The translations under genes were made by a program, and so were the position numbers. Below are positions 56,690-64,000 of a DNA stretch of 64,000 nucleotides, piece by piece (position 1 is the stretch's first letter; each line of letters begins with the position of its first letter). Location: positions 878,517 to 942,516 of the forward strand of contig CAJINV010000003.1 of the NCBI GenBank assembly GCA_905178155.1. Reading direction: 5' to 3'. Source of the DNA: Amoebophrya sp. A120 (taxonomy: Eukaryota; Protista; Dinoflagellata). Under the pieces are notes generated by a model. That model made no database searches. It saw only the letters and a list, made by a program, of their open reading frames with translations, and was not told where the DNA came from.

Positions 56690-59600
56690 ATGTCGAAGGG
56701 CGCGGCAGAGGAGCCAGCGTCGGCCTCAACAGCTGGCGCTAAGACAAACTCGTCCACAACGATTGCAAATCCACCTGATCTCCCGACTATCGACGAGAAC
56801 AGTACTGCACCGGTGGTCAGGAAACGGCTGGCGCCGAAACGCGGCGAAACACAGAACGACGAGGAGGAGCTCACGCCGGAGCAGCTGGCGGAGTACCAGC
56901 GACGCCAGAAAGCCGCCCGTCAGCGAAAAGTGTACCGCTCGGCGCTTTTTAAGGTCGGCGCATTCACGTTGATGGTGGTCGTGGCTTTGGGGGTGAAGTA
57001 CGTGCAGGAATTCTTCACAACCAAGTGGTGTGCGACGGTGTACGTGGACGAAAGCGCCGGGAGCTCAAGAACGTCTACTACTTCTGTGAACACGGACTTG
57101 TTTGTCCGCGTCGAAAGAGTGGACAACGAAGAGGACGGCGAGGCGCTGTGTCTGGACGAGACGGAATTCTTGGTGAAAATATCCACAGTAAATTTCCTGT
57201 ACACGTACAAATGCGGTCTCTGCATGACAAAACTTCGCTCCGATCCTAGTTTAGCATGACAAGTTTTACATTCCATATTGCTGAAATTTGTGATGCATCT
57301 TGTTCTTGGCATGGTACGGAATAACAGCAGCTCCATCGTGATTGGCGTTTTTTCTCTACTTGAGCAAGAACTGCAACAACAACAAACAACACTCAACCGC
57401 TCAACTTCCGCAAAAGGAAGAACCTTCCTCGCAACTCATGAGAGGGGCCTTCTTGGTCTCCGGTCCTCGGTCCTCAGTCGCTCGCAAGGGAATACCTGAA
57501 GAGCTAAGAAGGTCGAAAGCTGAGACACATGAAAGGGAGTTTCTTGGTCTCCGGTCCTCGGTCCTCAGTCCCTCGCATGGTAATACATGACGAGATAAGA
57601 ATGCAGAAAGCTGAGACACATGAAAGGGGGTTTCTTGGTTTCCGGTCCTCGGTCCTCAGTCCCTCGCAAGGTAATACCTGACGAGATAAGAAGGTAGAAA
57701 GCTGAGACACATGAAAGGGGGTTTCTTGGTCTCCGGTCCTCGGTCCTCAGTCCCTCGCAAGGTAATATCTGACGAGATAAGAAGGTAGAAAGCTGAGACA
57801 CATGAGAGGGGGTTTCTTGGTCTCCGGTCCTCGGTCCTCAGTCCCTCGCAAGGTAATGGCTGACGAGATAAGAAGGCAGAAAGCCCAGACACATAGGAGG
57901 GGGCTTGTTGGTCTCCCATCCTCGGCCCCCAGTCCCTCGCGAGGCAATATATAAAGAGAGAAGAAAGGAGAAGGGGGACACACATGAGCGGGAGTCTGTT
58001 GGCCTCCGGTCCTCGGTCTGGACGCCCGCGAAAGTGCGGAGCTTTGTCGTGTGTTTTTTGTTATTTTTTCGCTCGCCAGTTACAGTTCTGGAGGAGCAAG
58101 TCGCTGGGGCCATGTCGGCCGCCATTGGAAGAATTCAGGCGCGAGCGCCCTTTTTCTTCTTCAGAGCTGTAGCACCGTTGAAGGCGATGGAGGTGCTATG
58201 AGCTGTCGCTGCGAAAAGCCGCCCGATTCTCTATGGCGAACGCACTCGATAAAGCTAGGGCCCCTGCGATCCTCCGGCGGCACACTCGGCCCAGCGTTGC
58301 TCCTCCTACGAAATCGCAGGCAGATCATCAACACCACCCCAATATGGCACCTCGTTCCTCTTCAAAAAAGCAGGAGTGCCGCAACAGTGGCAGCAGTCAA
58401 TCAAGAGCGCTCTCGAAGGTCATTTTTGAGGATCTGCAGCGCTACGGTAGTAGCAGCCAGAAGAGCACCGCGGAGGAAATCAACCGCAATCGCGTTGGTT
58501 CTGAGGTCCTTCCCAAGCGAGCAGATCGGGAAGTTTAAAAGTGGCACCGTCGTCACAGCTTTGACGATCCCGATAATTAAATCAAGTTAAGAATCAGAAA
58601 CAGGCAACACGGCATAACGGGCGAGGTCCGGTCTCTAGAGTTATCCAAATGGATGGAGATGAAAGCAATGGGCCTTGAACATTTGACGCCATGCCCAGGC
58701 ACGAGAGAAAAAAAGCGAGAAAGCTCTCCAAGCCAGGCGATCGGCCATTTGTTTTCCGTGGAAGTATTCTTCTGGGCTTGTCAAGTATCAGGCTCCTGCT
58801 TCAGCAGCAGCACCCTGCGGGCTTTACTACGGCTCTTACGAAGCGAAAGGGCCGAGCTGTCGCGGTTTGAGCAATGCCGTCGAGCAAGATAATAAGAGGG
58901 ATTATGTTGGCGGATTGCAGTTCACTTCTCGGCTTTCTGCAATGTGCAGAGCGGAGCGCTCCCATCCTTTACAGCAAGTCCGCTACTTGCTCCAATATGA
59001 CACAGATTGAGATAGTGAGAAGATCAACGCACCCTCCCACTTCAGACCAATTCGGCGCAGAAGATCAGCACCGCCTTCAAATGCATCCAGATCCGTTTTC
59101 TTATTCTACGACTTTCATCCACCACGCAAGCCGGTTTTTTTTCATTTCCCAAAACCAAAGCAGGACAGGGAAGCTGATAGACTCACTTACAGCCCAGACC
59201 TCACAGCTCGGCGCATCATCATCAGAACGCGCACGATCGGAGGCGGCGGAATTGTGGACGCAGATGTCAGGGCGAAAGTATATCTCCTCCCAAGTTGTTG
59301 ACTAGTAGATTGCTTCCGAGGTGGCCCCTTTTCATTTCTACTCCGCCGACACTGGCAAAGAAAAGCGTAGAAGTGGAGCGAAGTGACTACGTGCGATCGA
59401 GTGAGAGAGCGAAACGGACTGACTATGTGCGAAGAACAGCCCAGGAACAAAGGCCGCGACTATGTGCGAAGGAGTGGGAGACAGCGAGTCTAAGTGGGTA
59501 GCAAGCGAGTCGGGCACTGCCCTACTCGCCTGCCTGATGTCTTTCCGCAGCGCTCGCAGTCGAACTCTCGGCCAAGTTGGTCCGTCGCTGTTTTGACGCG

Positions 59601-62600
59601 ACGGAACGAAGCAGAGGACGCGCGCGAGACAGCGTCACTAGTCGGCTTCACTTGCCGGGCAAGCTTTCCCAAACCGACACTGGCTAAAGCGTAGAAGTGA
59701 AGCGAGGCGACTCTGAGCGAAAGAGTGGGCGAAGTGAAGCGACTACGTGCGAAGCACAGCCCCGGATCAAAGAGCGTGGCGGTGTGCGGCGATTTCTCGC
59801 CGTTTTGAGTTTGACGCGACGGAGCCGAACGAGGTGGGCAGTTCCATTTGGGCGCCTTCTTGTGCCACCATCGTCGCCGGTGTGTGATGATGGTGCTGGT
59901 GTACATATGTCGAGCAAGAGAAGATCTCTCTTGCCACTCATGTCACAAAGAAACTCGGGCGCGCCGCGCAGATGTCGGCCAACGGCGCTCGCGTATATCG
60001 GTCACCGACCGGCTGAGAAGGCCGGCGATGTCTTTTGAGTTCGGTCCTTGGTGTACTTTTACACGAAGAAACTGCGCGCGCATTTGAATGTGGCAGGAGT
60101 TTCCGAAAGTCGGCGCGCCTATAAATACCTAGTGCCGCGCGGGGAAAACCTGTCCAAAAGCGTGCGCTCGTGTGCCGTAGCCCGAGCGCAGCGCCATCAT
60201 CATCAAAATGCGGCAGGTTTTTTTCCAGCAAGCGGCGGCCTACAACGCTCCGGAGATTTCCTGCAAGCTACGGAGGCAGGCGGCAGGCAGGTAAGTTCCC
60301 TCGCGTGCAGCGACACGAGTATCAGCATCGCCTTGCTTCGCCACCTTTTGCTTTTTGCGGGGCCGCAGAAATGCTCGCCAACGGCCAACCCACGCACTCG
60401 CTGCGGGTCGCGCGGTGCTGTGATTTCACAGGAGGAGGCCCTGGCGCTGCTGCGCGTCTGTGTCGCTACTGGATCGATGTCATCAAGGATGTGCGGCTAC
60501 TTGCTCCACATGAGTGATGGCGTATCTATATGCGCGCGGGCTACTGACTGGCAAAATGCAGCCTTTTTTCGTAAGAGAACGCCACCCCCTTCGCTTCGTT
60601 CCAGCGCGCAAACTTTGGGCCATTTTGTAAGATTTCAGCTCTTTCCTACACTAAGAACGCAACACAGTCCGGCCAAATGGGCTCGCGCGCTGACAAGCCT
60701 GCCGGGCCGGGAGGGTATTTGCCTGCCGCTCGCCGGACGTCGTGTCGTACCAACGGGCCGCCCGCCGCTGGCCAGACGGTGAACAACCAGGGACCACATT
60801 AGCAACGCTAGCAGCGCAGCCGAAAGGGGGGCGAAGCAAGCAGTTTTCAGCTACACGGGCCGGCTTTCGTCAGCGGCGGCATGGATGTCGTTGCGCACGA
60901 GGTCCCCCGGGGGGGGGTGCCGAAAGAGGCCGGCGCGTTTTTTTTTCGTTTTCCCATCCGGCCCGGCGGTGGGCAGTTGGCTACCCCTCGCAAGGGCCCT
61001 GAAGGTGGCAGCGGAGGGGGAACCAACGCCATCAGAGGAGAAGCGACGCGAGCTCGGCATGATCGCGCCGTCGGTCGAGAAAGATCTCTGGGCGCGCAAA
61101 ACGGGCTGTATCCGGGCGCTGTAGCTGTACTGTAATAACAGAGCGGATGGAGGTCGACTTCTCAGACACAGCGGCATCGGCTTCGGAGCCACATGCGCCG
61201 GCGCAAAAGTGGGAACGCCAGTCGGCCCGCGTCTGGGACGGCAGCACAGCGGCTCGCGGAGTCTGTCGATGTGCTGCGAATCGCTGCAGCGGGCCAGCAC
61301 TTTGCGAGGGAGGTACTAGCAACACCGGCGGGCCGGCTACCGGGACCGGAGGCCACAAACCTCCCTCATATGTGTCTGTTGTTTCTCCCTTCTTGTCCCG
61401 TCGCGTATTAATTGCCCCCAGATGAACTGAGGCCCGAGGACCGGAGACCATCGGCCTCCTTCTTATGTGTCTGGCGCTTTTGCCTTCTTATCTCGTCATA
61501 TATTACCTCGTGACGAAGTGGGGACCGAGGACCGGAGACCAACAACCTCCTTCTTATGTGTCTGGCGCTTCTACCTTCTTATCGCGTCAAATATTACCTC
61601 GCGATGGAGTGAGGACCGAGGACCGGAGACCACCAGCCTCCTTCTTATGTGTCTGGTGTTTCTCCCTTCTTGTCTCCTCATATATTACCTCGTGATGGAA
61701 TGAGGACCGAGGACCGGAGACCAACAACCTCCTTCTTATGTGTCTGGTGCTTCTCCCTTCTTATCTCCTCAAATATTACCTCGTGATGGAGTGAGGACCG
61801 AGGACCGGAGACCAACAACCTCCTCTTTATGTGTGTCAAGTGTCTGCCATTTTATGTAGTGCGTTGCTCTACATGAGATTCCTTTAGGATCTTCTGTCGT
61901 TACTTTTTCAATTCCTTTTAGAGCACAAACACGAAACACGATGGAGCTGCTGTTATTCCGTGCCATGCCTTGTTCTTGTACATGTTGTACGGAAAATTTG
62001 TATTCCATAGAAAAACGCCAAAGCGTATCACGGACCAGCGTTCCTCGCGGATAAGGTGGTGCTCGACAAAATCGTGCAGGAGACCGCAAACGACGTCGAC
62101 GCGGTGGTGGTCTCCGGTATTCACCTGAAAGAGTGCGCAGCGGCGGCAATGCGCGCAGACCTGAACGCGGCGGAGAAAGCCGCGGCCTGCCGCACCGGAA
62201 ATTTGGCGCAGGCAGTCGTGCTCTGCCACGGAAAGAGGCCAAGTATAATCTCAGTCTCACTGCAGCTTTTTTATCATTTGAAAGAAGCACGTGTATGCTA
62301 CGACACTCGATACCGCTGTCGTTTTGCGCATTCTCTCGCGGCCGACACGGAACCCGAAAAAGTCTTCCTAAGTTGTCTCGTGACTATCACTATTTATCCA
62401 AGAAAAAAAAACTCCAGGACTCCTGTCCTAAGTTGTCGTCGTCCTTACTTCGGAAAAAATGAAAACTACCTTTACAAACAGCGGCCGAGTGGGCACATCA
62501 GCGCATCAGTGACATTTACCGGGACCACCGGATCAACCACTGGCTGCACATTGACATCGATTGGCGTAGCGACCCCGACCTGGTCGCCGATGTTGGGCGG

Positions 62601-63374
62601 TCAAAAGTTGAACTCGCGACGCAGTACAAGCTCGTCTTCGCGCGCCGGTGTTATCCAAGAAAAAACACCCATCCCCATACAATTTGTCATGCAAAACATG
62701 CATCAAATCCACTATTTGTCATGCAAAAAATGGATGGGGATGGGTGTTTTTTCCTCGATAAGTGTCCGCTCGAGGCTATGGTCACTCCGGATTACCTCGG
62801 GCGACCCAGCGGAGGCAAGAAACCCACAGCCGCAAACACAGCGGTGTCAAAGGCCGACAGTGTCAGCGCAGCGCCGATCAAGTTTGTCCCGAACGCGAGG
62901 AAGTGGATTTCCTATGTGACAGTGAAGAAAGCAGCAGATGTTGATGGTGCCGAAGTTGTTGACCATGCAGAACTCCAACCTGCGTCCATCGCTGCGATGA
63001 TGCAACCCCGCAAGCTGAGCGACGCCGGAGAGCTACAGCCGGAAATCTACACGAAGCCCAAGCTGGTGATCGACAACTTGCTGTGGCTGGCCTGGAGGTT
63101 CGATTTCGACCCAGTCGCCTGGGTCAACAAGGAATTCCACCGCAATAAGACGGCAGAAGTGGCGAACGGGAACGGCACGCCTCGCTTCCACCTGCTCCGC
63201 TTCAACCTAGAGACCATGGAATTCGGAGACTGGAGTGAGGAATGGTTTTCCCAGAAAAAGACAGAATTAAACGCTGCCACGCAGGACGCGACAGACGTCG
63301 CAAAAGTCGAGTCAATAAAGGAAGAATGGGGCTGGACCCTTGACAGTTGGGCGGCAGCTATTGTCTACATTTGA
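56690..63374 (+). CDS. Hypothetical single-pass membrane protein split by a 4.8-kb TIR intron, a GT-AG intron and a 114-nt TIR intron
   Basis: Exons 56690-57179, 62015-62242, 62482-62651, 62766-63374 join in frame (FLVK-N-AKAYHG; KRP-T-AEWAH; ARRC-PLEAM); TM segment VGAFTLMVVVALGV. Confidence 0.7.
57430..58025 (+). repeat. 91-bp tandem repeat, ~6.5 copies (left subterminal array)
   Basis: GCTGAGACACAT-like unit starts at 57519, 57610, 57701, 57792, 57883; core TTGGTCTCCGGTCCTCGGTCCTCAGTCCCTCGC. Confidence 0.95.
61340..61835 (-). repeat. 91-bp tandem repeat, ~5.5 copies, inverted relative to the left array
   Basis: GAGGACCGGAGACC at 61436, 61527, 61618, 61709, 61800. Confidence 0.95.
62652..62760. 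mobile_element. Introner-like TIR element, family I
   Basis: 27-bp TIR TATC(CA)AGAAAAAACACCCATCCCCAT with two mismatches; repeat GGTGT/AGTGT; 114 nt removal keeps frame. Confidence 0.9.
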
Positions 63375-64000
63375 TTTTTATGTAGTTCCGGTTGCCTGGC
63401 GTTGTCGTCCTCGCAAAAAGAAAAAAGCGACAAAAAAATCTCTGATGTACCGCTCGCGCGGACGGCGCACAAAATGTGCATTTTCATCGAGAGTTCTGGA
63501 GTGTGTTCTTGTTGGGCCCTCAGGGTTCTTTCATACACCCGCATGCCATGTCAGATTCTTCCTCGTCCTCCTTTATGATATCTCGATGAGGTTTTCCTTT
63601 TCGTTTTTCTTCGTATAAGTGATATCACCTTCGCCATCGGACTCGGAAAGAGTGGATACTAGCCCTAGCCGTAACTATTTCTGCCGAAATGAGAATGTTT
63701 TTCACATCACAGCGAACAATTTGCCATTTTTCGAGGGTCTTCGCGGTCGCGCACTGTAGTTTCGTCGTGTTCCTTCTTGGTGGAAGAACAGGCTTCCCTC
63801 CCGGAGCCCCCGTCGAAGCAACGCCCTTGACGGAGCGACCGCGATGCTTCACACGGGTTGTGGTGACACCGTCCAAAAACGCGAGCGCCCGCTCTGTGTG
63901 GATCCCAATCATCAGCCAAGAAGGTGCAGTCCCACAACAAGATGATGCGCAACAAGGTTCCTGTCCAAAAGCAGCGGCAGCGTTTGCCTCCCAACTTTTG

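Larger units (their letters stand above)
57308..61969. mobile_element. Non-autonomous foldback-type DNA transposon (33-bp TIR, 8-bp TSD, subterminal 91-bp arrays)
   Basis: TIR GGCATGG(T/C)ACGGAATAACAGCAGCTCCATCGTG at both ends; TTGTTCTT duplicated at 57300-07 and 61970-77 (readable as 10-bp CTTGTTCTTG); no recognisable transposase ORF. Confidence 0.9.
57180..62009. mobile_element. Introner-like TIR element, family H (copy H2), interrupted by a nested transposon
   Basis: 57180-57300 closely matches H1 (42466-42586); the missing H right end TGTACGGAAAATTTGTATTCCATA reappears at ~61986-62009; direct repeat GAAAA at 57175-79 and 62010-14. Confidence 0.92.

Noticed and set aside
58051-60782. Transposase or recombinase within the nested element
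   Set aside because: No DDE, HUH or tyrosine-recombinase motif is recognisable in the short ORFs.
57430-61835. 91-bp arrays as a CRISPR array or repeat-protein ORFs (MSQLSTFLSR...)
   Set aside because: Whole units repeat with no unique spacers, there are no cas genes, and the arrays are mirror-image subterminal repeats of a TIR element; the ORFs are by-products.

Overview
Gene-dense eukaryotic DNA, inferred to be a syndinian dinoflagellate (Amoebophrya-like) from its non-canonical TIR introns, co-oriented genes and a DinoSL-like motif. About 13 protein-coding genes, all on the + strand: a GNAT-domain protein, an ARM-repeat protein, importin-5, two ankyrin proteins, a membrane protein, three tandem CRAL-TRIO/Sec14 paralogues, an NSUN6-like RNA m5C methyltransferase, an XRN-N exonuclease and two hypotheticals. 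The main signal is 18 insertions from at least 9 sequence families, all inside coding exons. They share one grammar: TAT...ATA termini (one ends ATT), terminal inverted repeats, a 5-bp target duplication and an internal GCATNACAA motif. Removing the element plus one 5-bp repeat restores the reading frame in every case checked by hand, in either element orientation and without GT-AG. One element has grown to 4.8 kb through a nested foldback-type TIR transposon. Also present are a candidate DinoSL RNA locus and an unexplained GC-rich island. Coordinates and frames were worked out by hand; no database search was run.
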